A stretch of 64,000 bases of DNA, from the NCBI GenBank assembly GCA_963745075.1, contig CAVUWV010000008.1, positions 416,001 through 480,000 of the forward strand, read 5' to 3'. Both the position numbers and the translations under genes were made by a program. The notes beneath the pieces were generated by a model that did no database searches, was not told the DNA's origin, and saw nothing but the letters and a program-made list of their open reading frames with translations. This DNA comes from Candidatus Hydrogenedentota bacterium (GTDB taxonomy: Bacteria; Hydrogenedentota; Hydrogenedentia; Hydrogenedentales; SLHB01). Shown one piece after another: positions 20,770 through 33,027 of the stretch (the stretch's first letter is position 1; each line of letters starts with the position of its first letter).

Positions 20770-21311
20770 TTGAGTACATCGCAAGGAAGACGGGAAGGTC
20801 GCGGAGATCGACGGCCGCGGTCCGATCAGTCGGATTCGAACTTCATTGAATCGGTCGTCAAAATCTACCGCGTCGCCAAAGTCGTCAAGGGCGGCCGTCG
20901 CTTCAGCTTCAGCGCCATCGTGGTCGTCGGCGACGGCAAAGGCCGCGTCGGCGCCGCCATGGGCAAGGCCCGGGAAGTGCCGGACGCCATTCGCAAGGCC
21001 ATCGAACGGGCCAAGCGCAACATGGTCGGGTGCCGATCGTCAGCACCACCATCCCCCACGAAATCGTGGGCCGCTCCGGATGCCGCCCGCGTTCTGCTGA
21101 AGCCCGCCTCCCTCGGTACCGGTATCGTGGCGGGCGGTCCCGTGCGCGCCGTCGTGGAAGCCGCCGGATACCAGAACATTCTGACGAAGTCGCTCGGCTC
21201 CAACAACGCCACCAACGTGGTGTGGGCCACCATGGACGGGCTGCAGCAGCTTCAAGACCGTCGAGGAAATCGCCGCCATGCGAGACTTGGAAGTCGCCGC
21301 GGTATCTGTAG
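20770..21311 (+). CDS. rpsE: 30S ribosomal protein S5; frameshifted, 3' end approximate
   Basis: [49 protein letters not shown]. Confidence 0.94.
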
Positions 21312-21373
21312 CGTGTCGGCCGGCCTGCCGCGGCCGGAACCATCGACCGTATATTGGGTAAGGAATGTTTACG

Positions 21374-21873
21374 ATGGAACTGCAGCAAACTAGACAACAG
21401 CCCCGGGAGCGCGCCGCAAAGCGCAAGCGCGTCGGCCGGGGACCCGGCTCGCGGCAACGGAAAAACTGCCGGCCGCGGCCACAAGGGCCAGCGCTCGCGC
21501 GCCGGCGTGTCCCGCCGTGCCACGTTCGAAGGCGGCCAGATGCCCATGAACCGGCGTCTGCCCAAGCGCGGATTCAACCATCAGTCCCGCTTCCCGAGTG
21601 CCATTGTCAATGTGGATAACCTCGAGAGCGCCTTTGAATCCGGCGCCGAGGTCAACCCCGAATCGCTCGTCAGCGTCGGGTCTCGCCGATCCCGAAAAAG
21701 GCGGCGTCAAGATCCTCGGCCGCGGCGAACTGACCAAAAAGCTGATCGTCAAGACCAGCGCGATCAGTTCCGGCGCCCGGGCCAAGATTGAAGCCGCCGG
21801 CGGAACGGTCGAGCTGATTCCGAACATCGCCAAAAAACCCGCCGGCAAAAAGACCGTGAAGCAGGAGGGTTAG
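21374..21873 (+). CDS. rplO: 50S ribosomal protein L15, frameshifted
   Basis: [42 protein letters not shown]. Confidence 0.94.
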
Positions 21874-21875
21874 TA

Positions 21876-23219
21876 GTGTCCCAGCCCTTGGAAGCCTATA
21901 AGAATGCCTGGCGCATTCCCGAGCTGAAACAGCGCATCATTTTCACGCTGGTCATGCTCGCCATTTACCGGCTCGGCGCCCACGTGCCCACCCCCGGTAT
22001 TGACGGCAACGCCCTGTCCAAAATGATGCAAGACATGCAGGGCGGTCTGCTCGGCTTTTACGACATGTTCACCGGCGGCGCCTTCGAAAGCGCCACCGTG
22101 TTCGCCCTCGGCATCATGCCGTACATCAGCGCTTCCATTATCATTCAGTTGCTCGTTTCCGTCATGCCCGCCCTGGAAAAACTGCAAAAGGAAGGCGCCG
22201 AAGGTCAGAAAAAAATCACCGAATACACCCGCTACCTGACCATCGCCCTCTGCATCGTGCAGTCCATCGGCGTCGCGGTCTGGTTGAAGAACGCCAATTC
22301 GGCCGAAAACCCGATCCTCGTGAGCACCGGGATCTGGTTCTACTGCACCTGCATCATCACCTTCACGACCGGCACGGCCTTCATTATGTGGCAGGGCGAA
22401 CAAATCAGCGAACACGGCGTCGGCAACGGCATGTCGCTCATCATCTTCACCAGTATCGTGGCCCGCATGCCCAACGCCTTGTGGACCATGTTGCAGTTGT
22501 TCCGCGCGGGCGACCTCGACATCTTCAAGATCGGGTTGCTCGTCGCCCTCATGGTCGTGGTCATCGCCGGCGTCATCCTGGTCACCACCGGCCAGCGCCG
22601 CGTGCCCGTCCAATACCCCCGGCAGGTCAAGGGACGGAAGATGACCGCCGGAGGCCGCAACTACTTGCCCCTGCGCGTCAATCAGGCCGGCGTGATCCCC
22701 ATCATCTTCGCCAGCTCGATCATGATGCTTCCCGGAATGGTGGGCGGCGCGCTGAAATCGGAGACCGTAGACCCAATCTTCAGCTTCTTCAGCATCTACT
22801 TTGGATACGGCAGTCTTGGATACAGCGTGATTTACGGCGCATTGATTATCTTCTTCTGCTTCTTCTACACGGCCATCACCTTCAATCCAATTGAAATGGC
22901 CGACAACATGAAAAAGTACGGCGGCGTGGTCCTCGGCGTACGCCCGGGCAAAGCCACTGCCGAATACCTGAACCGCGTGATGACGCGCATTACCTTGGTC
23001 GGTTCGATCTTCCTGGCTGCCGTCGCACTGCTTCCGCACGTCGTCCAGTCCATGATGAACCTGAACTCGTGGCAAATCGCCCACTTCTTCGGCGGCACGA
23101 GCTTGCTGATTCTCGTCGGCGTGGCCCTGGATACCGTCCGCCAGATCGAGACGCACCTGACCATGCGCAACTACGACGGATTCATGAAAGGACGGCGCAT
23201 GAAAGGCCGCCGTCTCTAA
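21876..23219 (+). CDS. secY: Preprotein translocase subunit SecY
   Basis: FALGIMPYISASII, GVGNGMSLIIF, NQAGVIPIIFA, GGTSLLILVGVALDT. Confidence 0.98.
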   Translation: MSQPLEAYKNAWRIPELKQRIIFTLVMLAIYRLGAHVPTPGIDGNALSKMMQDMQGGLLGFYDMFTGGAFESATVFALGIMPYISASIIIQLLVSVMPALEKLQKEGAEGQKKITEYTRYLTIALCIVQSIGVAVWLKNANSAENPILVSTGIWFYCTCIITFTTGTAFIMWQGEQISEHGVGNGMSLIIFTSIVARMPNALWTMLQLFRAGDLDIFKIGLLVALMVVVIAGVILVTTGQRRVPVQYPRQVKGRKMTAGGRNYLPLRVNQAGVIPIIFASSIMMLPGMVGGALKSETVDPIFSFFSIYFGYGSLGYSVIYGALIIFFCFFYTAITFNPIEMADNMKKYGGVVLGVRPGKATAEYLNRVMTRITLVGSIFLAAVALLPHVVQSMMNLNSWQIAHFFGGTSLLILVGVALDTVRQIETHLTMRNYDGFMKGRRMKGRRL

Positions 23220-23346
23220 CAGCCCGGTCTTCGGGCCCGTATTCGACAACATTGATGCGAAGGAACCACACGGGTCCCTCGCCGGGAGATACACTGGAAC
23301 CGCGACGACCAAAACGCGAAGTAAGCGCCGAGCGAAGGTAACGGAA

Positions 23347-24033
23347 TTGGCCGTGGGATTGCGAATCATCATACTCGGAGCGCCCGGCGCCGGAAAAGGT
23401 ACCCAGGCCAGGCGGCTGGCCGCCCGGCGGAATCTCCCGCACGTATCGACCGGAGATATTTTCCGGGAGCACTTGACCCGGGATACGGCCTTTTCCCGGA
23501 AGATACGCCCGTTCATGGAATCGGGCGCGCTGGTGCCGGACAACCTGACCTGCGCCATCGTGGAAGAGCGCCTGGCCGAGCCCGATTGCGCCGTCGGTTA
23601 CGTGCTGGATGGGTTTCCCCGTTCCCTGTCCCAGGCCGAAGCCTTGGACCAGCTCCTCAACGAGCGCGGGGAGCGAATCGACGTCGCGATTAATCTGGAC
23701 GTGCCGGACGACGAAATCGTCGCGCGCCTCAGTGCGCGCAGAACGTGCGCTGTTTGTGGTACCATATATAGTTTGAAATTCGATCCGCCCAAGGGCGACG
23801 GAACCCATTGCACCCAGAACGGGTGCAACGGCCTACTCGTCCAACGGCCCGATGATAACGAGGAAACGATCCGGCAGCGTCTGGTCGTATATCACCAGAT
23901 GACTGAAACGATTATCGCTTTCTATCGAACGCGCGGTCTGCTCCGCTCGATACCCGGCGACATCGCCCCGGACGATGTCTCGGCAAAAATTGAAGAGATT
24001 TTGTGCGCTCTGGAAGTGGTTCGAGAACCATGA
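23347..24033 (+). CDS. adk: Adenylate kinase
   Basis: GAPGAGKGTQA, STGDIFR, LDGFPR, and a Zn-type LID with CxxC...CxxxxC. Confidence 0.96.
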   Translation: MAVGLRIIILGAPGAGKGTQARRLAARRNLPHVSTGDIFREHLTRDTAFSRKIRPFMESGALVPDNLTCAIVEERLAEPDCAVGYVLDGFPRSLSQAEALDQLLNERGERIDVAINLDVPDDEIVARLSARRTCAVCGTIYSLKFDPPKGDGTHCTQNGCNGLLVQRPDDNEETIRQRLVVYHQMTETIIAFYRTRGLLRSIPGDIAPDDVSAKIEEILCALEVVREP

Positions 24034-24809
24034 TTACCTGTCGTTCCGAAAAGGAAATCGACATCCTCCGCGAAGCCAATCAATGCGTCGCGGAGGTCTT
24101 GGTGACCTTGGCCGGCATGGTGGAACCCGGAATCGCGACCCGAGAGCTGGATGTTGCGGCCGAAAAACTGATTCGCGCGTTGGGCGGCGAACCCTCGTTT
24201 CTCGGGTACCACGGCTATCCCAAAAGTACCTGCATCTCCGTCGACGAAGTCATCGTCCACGGGATACCGGGTAAACGGAAGCTGAAAGAGGGCGAAATCG
24301 TCAGCATGGACGTCGGCGTCTTCTACCGCGGGTACCACGGCGACGCCGCGGTCACCGTGCCCTGCGGCACGGCCGACGCGAAACGGCAGCGTCTCATGGA
24401 GATTACGGATCTCGCCCTCAGCCGGGCCATTGCCGCGGCGCGGGCCGGAAACTATCTGGACGATATCTCCCGGGCCGTTCAGGAGACGAGCGAAGACGCC
24501 GGCTTTTCCATCGTGCGCGACTTCGTCGGCCACGGCATCGGCACGCGAATGCACGAGGAGCCGCAGATACCGAACTTCGTCGTTCCGGGTTCGCGCGGCC
24601 CCAAGCTCAAAGCGGGCATGGTGCTCGCCATCGAACCGATGGTGAACACCGGCTCGCCCGAAGTGAAAGTGCTTCGGGACGGGTGGACCGCCGTCACGGC
24701 CGACGGAAAGCCCAGTGCGCATTTTGAACACAGCATAGTGGTCCGCGAGTCGGGAGGCGAAATCCTCTCGGCGACCCCCAAATTGGTTTGGGGAAAGCGG
24801 GTCGCGTGA
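24030..24809 (+). CDS. map: Type I methionine aminopeptidase
   Basis: CISVDEVIVHGIP, GDAAVT, GHGIG..MHEEP, AIEPMV, SAHFEHS. Confidence 0.97.
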   Translation: MITCRSEKEIDILREANQCVAEVLVTLAGMVEPGIATRELDVAAEKLIRALGGEPSFLGYHGYPKSTCISVDEVIVHGIPGKRKLKEGEIVSMDVGVFYRGYHGDAAVTVPCGTADAKRQRLMEITDLALSRAIAAARAGNYLDDISRAVQETSEDAGFSIVRDFVGHGIGTRMHEEPQIPNFVVPGSRGPKLKAGMVLAIEPMVNTGSPEVKVLRDGWTAVTADGKPSAHFEHSIVVRESGGEILSATPKLVWGKRVA

Positions 24810-24854
24810 CGGCAGCTCCCGCGAGCCGCCGGGAAGTTCAGTACATAGACACGT

Positions 24855-25073
24855 ATGCAGAAAGAAGAAGCCATAGAAGTTGAAGGGACGGTCGTGGAAC
24901 CGCTGCCCAACGCGATGTTTCGCGTCGAGCTGAAAAACGGCCACACCGTACTGGCGCATATCTCCGGCAAGATGCGGATGAACTTCATCCGAATCCTCCC
25001 CGGCGACCGCGTCAAGTTGGAAATGTCACCCTACGACTTGAGCCGTGGGCGGATTACGTACCGTTACAAGTAG
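24855..25073 (+). CDS. infA: Translation initiation factor IF-1
   Basis: [31 protein letters not shown]. Confidence 0.98.
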   Translation: MQKEEAIEVEGTVVEPLPNAMFRVELKNGHTVLAHISGKMRMNFIRILPGDRVKLEMSPYDLSRGRITYRYK

Positions 25074-25169
25074 TTCGAGCAACGCCGGTCCGAGGCCCGT
25101 TTCCGGAACGAGTCAGGTCTTATGCCTGACCCAGCGGCGCGCGTGTCAACGCAGCGCGTGGAGTGAACG

Positions 25170-25283
25170 ATGAAGGTAAGAAGTTCCGTTAAGAAAATTT
25201 GCGAAAAGTGCAAGATTATCCGCCGGCACGGCCGGGTCCGGGTGATCTGTGAAAACCCCCGCCACAAACAACGGCAAGGGTAA
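25170..25283 (+). CDS. rpmJ: 50S ribosomal protein L36 (not in the ORF track)
   Basis: Translated by hand: [37 protein letters not shown]. Confidence 0.97.
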   Translation: MKVRSSVKKICEKCKIIRRHGRVRVICENPRHKQRQG

Positions 25284-25334
25284 CCCGGAAGCTGAAGGGG
25301 CCGAACCATCCCCTTCGTGAGGAGAACGTATTCC

Positions 25335-25700
25335 ATGGCACGTGTAGTTGGTATCGACCTTCCCCGCGAAAAACGCGTGGAAATCGGGGTGCAGTACATC
25401 TACGGCATCGGGCCGACCCGCGCGAAAGCGCTCATGGCCGAAACGGGCATCAACCCCAGTACGCGCGTCCGCGATCTCACGGACGAGGAAGTCAGCCGCC
25501 TGACGACGGCCATCACGGCCAAGTACGCCGTGGAAGGCGATCTGCGCCGTGAAGTCATGTCCAACATCAAGCGGTTGATGGACATCAACGCCTACCGCGG
25601 TCAGCGCCACAAGCGCGGCCTGCCGGTGCGCGGGCAGCGTACCCATACGAACGCCCGGACCCGCAAGGGACCGCGCGGCGCGACAGTCAAGAAGAAATAG
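25335..25700 (+). CDS. rpsM: 30S ribosomal protein S13
   Basis: [33 protein letters not shown]. Confidence 0.98.
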   Translation: MARVVGIDLPREKRVEIGVQYIYGIGPTRAKALMAETGINPSTRVRDLTDEEVSRLTTAITAKYAVEGDLRREVMSNIKRLMDINAYRGQRHKRGLPVRGQRTHTNARTRKGPRGATVKKK

Positions 25701-25787
25701 CGGATCGAGATCGCGCGGTGGAACCGCGCGCACGTGAAATTGGCCGGAGCGGAACAGCCGCCCGGCATACCCAGGAGGCACAGGTCA

Positions 25788-26186
25788 GTGGCCAAGGAAA
25801 AGAGGAAGACAAAGGGCAAGAAACGGCGTACCGCCCTGAACGTCACGTCGGGTGTCGCGCACATCCAGGCAACGTTCAACAACACCATCGTGTCCATTAC
25901 GGACAGCCAGGGCAACGTCATCTCGTGGTCGAGCGCCGGACAAGTCGGGTTCGTCGGTTCGCGCAAGAGCACGGCGTTTGCTGCCCAGGTCGCAGCCGAA
26001 GCCGCCGCGCAAAAGGCGCGCGAAGTCGGCCTGCGCGAAGTGCGGGTCCACGTGAACGGTCCCGGCGCGGGCCGCGAATCCGCCATCCGGGCGATTCAGG
26101 CCACCGGCCTGGACATCACCCTGATTCGAGACGTAACCAGCATCCCACACAACGGTTGCCGGCCGCCCAAACGCCGCCGCGTGTAG
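25788..26186 (+). CDS. rpsK: 30S ribosomal protein S11
   Basis: [41 protein letters not shown]. Confidence 0.98.
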   Translation: MAKEKRKTKGKKRRTALNVTSGVAHIQATFNNTIVSITDSQGNVISWSSAGQVGFVGSRKSTAFAAQVAAEAAAQKAREVGLREVRVHVNGPGAGRESAIRAIQATGLDITLIRDVTSIPHNGCRPPKRRRV

Positions 26187-26276
26187 CGACGCCTTGCGCC
26201 GCTGCAACCTTTTCCACGACAGCAACGTATGTGGAACACCTGAGAACAGGCCGCACTGCCGGGGAGAACGATACGA

Positions 26277-27299
26277 ATGATAGCTCAAGATTTCGTGATA
26301 CCGAAATTTGTCAAGATTGACGATGGCGCCACGGGCCAGTATGCCCGCTACACGGTCGAAGCCTTCGAACGTGGCTACGGCACGACGATAGGGAATTCCC
26401 TGCGCCGCGTCCTGCTCGCTTCCCTGGAGGGATCGGCCGTGACCGCCATCCGCATCGAAGGGATTCAGCACGAGTTCTCGGCTATTCCAGGCGTCAAAGA
26501 AGACGTCACCGACGTCGTCCTGAATTTCAAAAAGTCCCAGTTGCGTCTGAACCGCGATGAACCCATCATCTTCACGTTCAAGCACCAGGGCCAGGGCGAA
26601 GTCACCGCCGGAACCGTGTTCAAGGATCAGGACATCGAGGTGTTCAACCCCGATCACGTGATCTACACCTCCACCAACGCCTCCAACACAGTGGAAATGG
26701 AAATCAAGGTCGCCCGGGGCCGCGGCTACCAGACCGCCGACCACTTCGAGTTGGAACATGCCGCCATCGGCACCATCTACCTCGACGCCAACTTCTCGCC
26801 GGTCACGCGCGTGAACTTCTCCGTGGAAGACGCCCGCGTCGGCCAGCGCACCGACTACGACCGCCTGATCATGGAGATCTGGACGAACGGCTCGATTACC
26901 CCGGAAATCGCCATGGAAGAAGCGGCCGCCCTGCTCATCGACCACCTCAAGATCTTCGTGCAGCAGCGTCAGGAAATCGACGTCACCGGCGGCGCCGGCG
27001 CGCCCGAAGACCCCGAAATGGCCCGCACCTTGTCGCGGCCCGTCGAAGAACTCGAACTGAGCGTCCGCGCGGCGAACTGCCTCAAGGCGGCCAACATCCG
27101 GACCATCGGCGACCTGGTCGTGCGCAGCGAAGCGGAAATGCTGCAGTTTCACAACTTCGGCAAGAAGTCGCTCGATGAGATTAAAGCGATTCTCGAAAGC
27201 CTCGGGCTCGGTCTCGGCATGAACGTCGGTGTTGCCGCCGCCGTCCCCGCGGGAGCCGGCGAAGAATCGGATGTAGAAGAATACGACGAAGACGAGTAA
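26277..27299 (+). CDS. rpoA: DNA-directed RNA polymerase alpha subunit
   Basis: [46 protein letters not shown]. Confidence 0.98.
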   Translation: MIAQDFVIPKFVKIDDGATGQYARYTVEAFERGYGTTIGNSLRRVLLASLEGSAVTAIRIEGIQHEFSAIPGVKEDVTDVVLNFKKSQLRLNRDEPIIFTFKHQGQGEVTAGTVFKDQDIEVFNPDHVIYTSTNASNTVEMEIKVARGRGYQTADHFELEHAAIGTIYLDANFSPVTRVNFSVEDARVGQRTDYDRLIMEIWTNGSITPEIAMEEAAALLIDHLKIFVQQRQEIDVTGGAGAPEDPEMARTLSRPVEELELSVRAANCLKAANIRTIGDLVVRSEAEMLQFHNFGKKSLDEIKAILESLGLGLGMNVGVAAAVPAGAGEESDVEEYDEDE

Positions 27300-27335
27300 G
27301 CACGAAAACGCGATAGCGATAGAGGTACACGACCA

Positions 27336-27710
27336 ATGAGGCACCGCAAGGCAGGACGACGGCTGGGGCGCAACACCAGTCACCGCAAGGCGACGATGAA
27401 AAATCTCGCCCTGGCGCTGTTCAAACATAACGCCATCGAAACGACCGTGGCGAAATCCAAGGAGCTGCGTGGCTTCGCCGAGCCGCTCATCACCATGGCC
27501 CGCGAAGACACCGTGGCAAACCGCCGCCGTGCCTTTGCCGAACTTCGCGACAACGCGGTCGTCACCAAGCTGTTTGCCGAGATCGCGCCCGCCTTCGCCG
27601 ACCGGCCCGGCGGGTACACCCGCATCCTGAAGCTCGGCAACCGCAACGGCGACGCGGCCCCCATGGCCCGCATCGAACTCGTCGGCCTGGGCGAATACAA
27701 AGAAGACTGA
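27336..27710 (+). CDS. rplQ: 50S ribosomal protein L17
   Basis: [28 protein letters not shown]. Confidence 0.98.
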   Translation: MRHRKAGRRLGRNTSHRKATMKNLALALFKHNAIETTVAKSKELRGFAEPLITMAREDTVANRRRAFAELRDNAVVTKLFAEIAPAFADRPGGYTRILKLGNRNGDAAPMARIELVGLGEYKED

Positions 27711-27878
27711 TTTCAAAAGACCACTTCGGGATTATATGACCCGCGAGCGCAATTGCCACGCTCGCGGGTTTCGTTCTGTCGAGAAATAGGCGCATGCGGT
27801 TCCCGGCGACCGCGTGCTCCCTGTCGTAATCGTTATCGTCGAAATCCCTGCTGTCCGTGACCGTCCGAGTGCTTCCCC

Positions 27879-28847
27879 TCAATACCCTCGCGCCGCCTGC
27901 ATCACGCGCACGTTCTCCAGACCTTCCCGGCCCGGCACCAGAAACTCCGACCCTTCCAGCACGGCCCGGCCGAAGGCTTCCACTTCATTGCGGTACGGGT
28001 TCACGTTATGCGCGCCCGACACCTTCGGTTCCCCGTTGCCGCGCCCTCGCACGATCAAGCCGCCGTGACCGAAGTACGTTTTCTCGCAGACGCAATAGGC
28101 ATCCGTGCCGTACATCTCGATACGCGCAAGACCGCCCGCCCCGGTCGATGCGTCCGCAATGGCTACCGCGCCGCTCTTGAACCGCATCGTCACGATGGCG
28201 TGGTCATCGGTTTCAAAGCCCCAGCGCGGACTCGTCAAAATTCCCTGCGCCGCGTCCACATCACCCATAAACCAGCGGCACAGATCGATCAGATGCGTCC
28301 CAATATCGCAAAGCGCCCAACCGCCCGACGTTTCCTTCTTCTGACGCCATTCGGCCGGCGCTTCCGGATACGCGAAATAGAGCTGCGCCCGGAAAAACAC
28401 CGGATCCCCGAAGTTTCCCGATTTCCATTCCTGTCGCACCTCCTGATGGAGCGGGTGATGGCGCAGGTGGTACCCGATCCCGAGTTGTCGGCCCCCGGCC
28501 TCCGCCGCGGCCAGCATCGCCTCGCATTCGGTGACCGTCAGCGCCATAGGCTTTTCGCACAACACGTGCTTGCCCGCGTTCAATGCGGCGATCGTTTGGG
28601 GCGCATGAAGGTAGTTGGGGCTGGCCACCCAGACAACTTGAACCTCATCATCCGCCAGAAACGCATCGAGATCGGCGTATCCCTTGTCAACCTCATGCTT
28701 TTCGCAGAACGCGTCCGCCGATTCCTGCTTACTGCTTAACACCGCATGCAGCGCCGCATTGTCCGCCGCAGCAATCGCCGGTCCGAAGGTCGAATCCGCC
28801 CAGCCGGTGGTCCCAATGAGCCCCCACGCAATCTGTGACTTCGCCAT
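27879..28847 (-). CDS. Gfo/Idh/MocA family oxidoreductase
   Basis: N-terminal Rossmann WGLIG, ASPNYLH, GKHVLCEKP, DIGTHLID; AAGGAG RBS before the ATG at 28847. Confidence 0.9.
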   Translation of the reverse strand: MAKSQIAWGLIGTTGWADSTFGPAIAAADNAALHAVLSSKQESADAFCEKHEVDKGYADLDAFLADDEVQVVWVASPNYLHAPQTIAALNAGKHVLCEKPMALTVTECEAMLAAAEAGGRQLGIGYHLRHHPLHQEVRQEWKSGNFGDPVFFRAQLYFAYPEAPAEWRQKKETSGGWALCDIGTHLIDLCRWFMGDVDAAQGILTSPRWGFETDDHAIVTMRFKSGAVAIADASTGAGGLARIEMYGTDAYCVCEKTYFGHGGLIVRGRGNGEPKVSGAHNVNPYRNEVEAFGRAVLEGSEFLVPGREGLENVRVMQAARGY

Positions 28848-29159
28848 GGTATCTCTCCTTCGGCGTTTCAAATCCTCCATTATTCGTATTTTTACTATAC
28901 ACCCTCTCCCGTCCGTTCCGCAATGGCGAGGCGAGCGAGATTTCGGATTGCGGATTAGAAACGCGCGGGAGTCCGAGCCGACCGACAGTGGCCCTATTGA
29001 ATCGGTCCGATCGGACCGATCCGTCCGATCCGTCCGATCAGGCGTAGTGGGGGAAGGTACCTATCCTTCCACACGTATCCCGGCTTTCCTCCTGCCTCTG
29101 GTTTCCCTCCACCTTCCGCAATCCGCAATCCAGACTTCCGCCTGCTATAATCCCCCCCT

Positions 29160-31800
29160 ATGGCCCACCAGTGGAAAAAACTGAGCGATATCTCTGACTC
29201 GAAACTGACGCCCATGTTGCGACAATACCTGGAAGCCAAGGCGGAAAGCGGGGGCGAATCCCTCCTTTTCTTTCGGATGGGCGACTTTTACGAAATGTTC
29301 TTCGAGGACGCTGTCGCGGCGGCGGATATCCTCGGGATCGCCCTGACCTCCCGTGACGCCGTCAACAAGGACGACCGAATTCCCATGGCGGGCGTCCCGG
29401 TCCGGGCCGTCGACGCGTATATCGCCAAGGCCATCAAGGCCGGACGCATGGTGACCATCTGCGAACAGGTCGAGAACCCCAAGGATGCCAAGGGCGTCGT
29501 AAAACGGGCCATCGTCCGGACCATCACCCCCGGCACCGTCCTGGAACCGGAACTGCTCGAAGACGCGGCCAACAATTACCTCGGGTCCCTGTCGGTACGG
29601 AACGGAAAAGCCGGTCTCGCGCTGGTCGATGTCAGCACGGGCGAGTTTCTAACCGCCCAGATCGACGACGACCCGCTACGGACGCTTGCCGACGAACTGA
29701 CCCGCATGGCGCCCGCTGAAATGCTTGTCCCGGAATCGATGGACGAAGACGCGTTGAACGTCCTGAAACAACGCTTTCCCGGCTTGACCTTTGCGCGGCG
29801 GCCGGACGACGAATTCGACCCCGCCGACGGTAGGGAAATGCTGCTGGATCAGTTCGGGCTGAAGACCCTGAAAGGGCTGGGCCTCGACGACGCGCCCGAA
29901 GCCGTGGCCTGCGCCGGGGCCGTCGTGGCCTACGTGAAATCGACGCAGCGCGACGCGGTACCGCACCTGCGTTTTCCCAGGCGTTACAGCCCGTCCCAAT
30001 ACGTCGTCCTGGACGGCAACACCCAGCGCAACCTCGAACTCGTCGAGTCCATGACGGACCGAAAAGGCCGCGGGACATTGCTCTCCGTTCTCGACCGCAC
30101 CCAAACCAGCATGGGCGGACGCAAACTGCGCCATTGGATCCTGCATCCCCTGCTGGGCGTCGACGAGATTCGCGGTCGCCTCGACGCGGTCGAAGCGCTT
30201 CTCGACGACGCCGAGTTGCGGCTGCGGTTGCGCGACCTGCTCCGCGGCGTCGCGGACATCGAGCGCCTCACCGGCCGCTTGACCTCGCGTGCCGGCAACG
30301 CCCGGGACGTGAAGTCCCTGGGCTCGTCTCTCGGCCAGGCGCCTGCCTTACGCGATTTGCTGAACGGCGTTGAAGCGCCGTTGCTCGCCGGCATCCGCGA
30401 TACCATGGACACCCTGGACGACGTGGCCGGATGGATCGCATCGGCCGTCGTCGATGAGCCGCCCCTCGCCATCACCGAAGGCAACTTCATGCGGGACGGC
30501 TACGATCCGGAACTCGATCGGCTTCGCGATCTCGTCAAAGGCGGCCGCGACTGGATCGCGACCTTGCAGCGGGAAGAGTCCGCGCGCACCAAGATCCCCA
30601 ATCTGAAAGTGGGGTACAACAAAGTCTTCGGCTATTACCTCGAAGTGACCCGCGCCCACACCCATCTCGTCCCCGAGGATTACGAGCGCAAACAAACCCT
30701 CGTTAACGCCGAGCGCTACGTCACACCCACATTGAAATCGCGGGAAGAGGAGATCGTCACCGCCCAGGAAAAGATGCAGCAACTCGAATACGACCTTTTC
30801 GTCGCGTTACGCGATCGGATTGGCGCCGAAGCGCGGCGTCTTCAGGAAACCGCCGACGCCATCGCGACCGTCGACGTGCTGCTGTCCCTTGCCGAAGCCG
30901 CGGCAACCAAGGGATACGCCAAACCCACCATCGATGAATCCGACGAACTGCGCATCCGCGACGGCCGCCATCCCGTGGTGGAAGACCTCATGGCCCGCAA
31001 CGAGTTTGTTGCCAACGATACCGTTTTGGACCCGGCCAAGGCCGCGCTGCTCATCGTGACCGGGCCGAACATGGCGGGCAAATCGACTTACCTCCGCCAG
31101 GTCGCGCTAATCACGCTGATGGCGCAGATAGGAAGTTTCGTGCCGGCGGCCGAAGCCCATATCGGCGTCGTAGACCGCATCTTCACGCGGGTCGGCGCGT
31201 CCGACAATCTCGTGCGCGGCGAGAGCACGTTCATGGTCGAGATGATCGAGACCGCCAACATCATCAACACGGCGACCGAACGCAGCCTCCTCGTGCTCGA
31301 CGAAATCGGACGCGGCACCAGCACCTTCGACGGCATCAGCATTGCCTGGTCCGTCGCCGAGCACATTCACGATCGCATCCGCGCGAAGACCCTTTTCGCC
31401 ACGCACTACCACGAACTCACCGAACTCGCCAACAATCTCGAACGCGCCAAAAACCTGAACGTGGCCGTGCGCGAATGGGGCGGGAAAGTCGTGTTCCTCT
31501 ATCGCATCGTCGACGGCGGCGCGGACCACAGTTACGGAATCCAGGTCGCCAAGCTGGCAGGATCTGCCGCCGGCGGTGTTGGATCGCGCCCGCGACATTC
31601 TCGAATCCCTCGAAGCGGGCAACCCCGCGTCCACCGGGTTGCCGGAACAGATGTACCTCTTCGGCGCGCAGACCGCCGAGCCCAGCCGCGTCGAAAAAGA
31701 ACTCGAGACGATCGATCCCGACGAACTATCCCCGAAAGACGCCCACGAACTGGTCTGCCACCTGAAACACCTCATGGCCAAACCCCGCCACGAACGGTGA
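29160..31800 (+). CDS. mutS: DNA mismatch repair protein MutS, frameshift near 31560
   Basis: TPMLRQY, FFRMGDFYEMF, TGPNMAGKSTYLRQ, GESTFMVEM, DEIGRGTST, HSYGIQVAKLAG. Confidence 0.97.
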
Positions 31801-31821
31801 ACGGGCCTGACGCCAATTTTG

Positions 31822-31986
31822 TCGAAAGACCACAGCCGGGGGCGGCTGTGCCACACGTCTAACTCCGGAGACCTTGGCTTTGCTTTTCGTGCCACAGTGT
31901 TCGTCTGAAATCCGTGATGGAAAGACCGGAGACGACGTGTCGGTAAGGCGAGTGTGGCACAGCCGCCCCCGGCTGTGGTCTTTCGA
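31822..31986. repeat. REP doublet (REPIN-like), family A
   Basis: Perfect 35-bp inverted arms (31822-31856 and 31952-31986), each containing the hairpin CACAGCCGGGGGCGGCTGTG. Confidence 0.85.
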
Positions 31987-32121
31987 AGGCATCGGCGTTT
32001 ACCCACATGGCGACCGGCACGTATCATGGGAACCTTGAAAGAGCCGAGTTTCGGAACGCCAATTGCTTAGACGCCCGCTTCTACGGCAGCACGCTATAAA
32101 CAGAAATCCACAAACGAAATC

Positions 32122-33027
32122 ATGAACAAGCTGAACGCATGGTTGAACAAAGAGTCCGTGGCCGGGTGGGTCATGGCGGGGCCGGCTCTGCTCGGGCTCA
32201 CGGCCTTCATCGCCATCCCCTTCGCGTTAGCCGCAGGGCTGTCCTTTACCAACCTGCGTCTCGGCTCACCGTTGCCGGTGCAATGGGTCGGTTTCCAGCA
32301 ATACGGCCGCGTGCTCGGGGATGCGTCGTTCCAACGGGCGCTGATCAACAACGCCGTATTCGCGGGCGTCGTGGTGCCGCTGCAGACCACGCTCGCGCTG
32401 TTGCTCGCCATCGTCCTGAACCGGAACCTTCCGGGCCGCGCGATCTTTCGTACGCTATTCTTCATGCCCGTCGTGTTTCCCATGGCGCTCGTCGCCGTGA
32501 TCTGGGAACTCATCTACGCGCCGGGCCCGAACGGCCTCGCCAACGGGTTCTTGCACTTCGTCACCTTCGGCGCGTGGACGCCGCACGATTTCCTCGACAA
32601 TCCGTACCTCGCGCTGCCCGCGATCGTCGTGCTGTCCATCTGGCAGGGCGTGGGATTCCAGATGATCATTTTGCTCGCGGGACTGCAATCGATTCCCGAG
32701 ATGCTCTACGAGGCCGCGCGCATCGACGGCGCTAACCGCTGGAACCAATTCGTCCACGTCACGCTGCCGCAACTGCGCAATCCCCTGATATTCACCGCAC
32801 TGGTCACGTCGATCCTTGCATTCCGCGTGTTCGACCAGGTCCAGATCATGACCCAGGGCGGACCCAACGACGCGACCACCACGGTCATGTACCAAGCCGT
32901 ACGCACCGCTTTTGACCGACAACAGGTGGGCCAGGCCTCCGCCATGACGGTCATCTTCTTTCTGATCGTGCTCCTATTCACCTGGGTGCAACGGTCGCTC
33001 GTGAAAGAGGAGCGCGAAATCGAATGA
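32122..33027 (+). CDS. Carbohydrate ABC transporter permease (MalF/UgpA-like)
   Basis: Multiple TM segments and the EAA motif LQSIPEMLYEAARIDGA. Confidence 0.93.
   Translation: MNKLNAWLNKESVAGWVMAGPALLGLTAFIAIPFALAAGLSFTNLRLGSPLPVQWVGFQQYGRVLGDASFQRALINNAVFAGVVVPLQTTLALLLAIVLNRNLPGRAIFRTLFFMPVVFPMALVAVIWELIYAPGPNGLANGFLHFVTFGAWTPHDFLDNPYLALPAIVVLSIWQGVGFQMIILLAGLQSIPEMLYEAARIDGANRWNQFVHVTLPQLRNPLIFTALVTSILAFRVFDQVQIMTQGGPNDATTTVMYQAVRTAFDRQQVGQASAMTVIFFLIVLLFTWVQRSLVKEEREIE

Noticed and set aside
21611..21619. Perfect DnaA box TGTGGATAA
   Set aside because: A single copy inside the rplO coding sequence, probably by chance.
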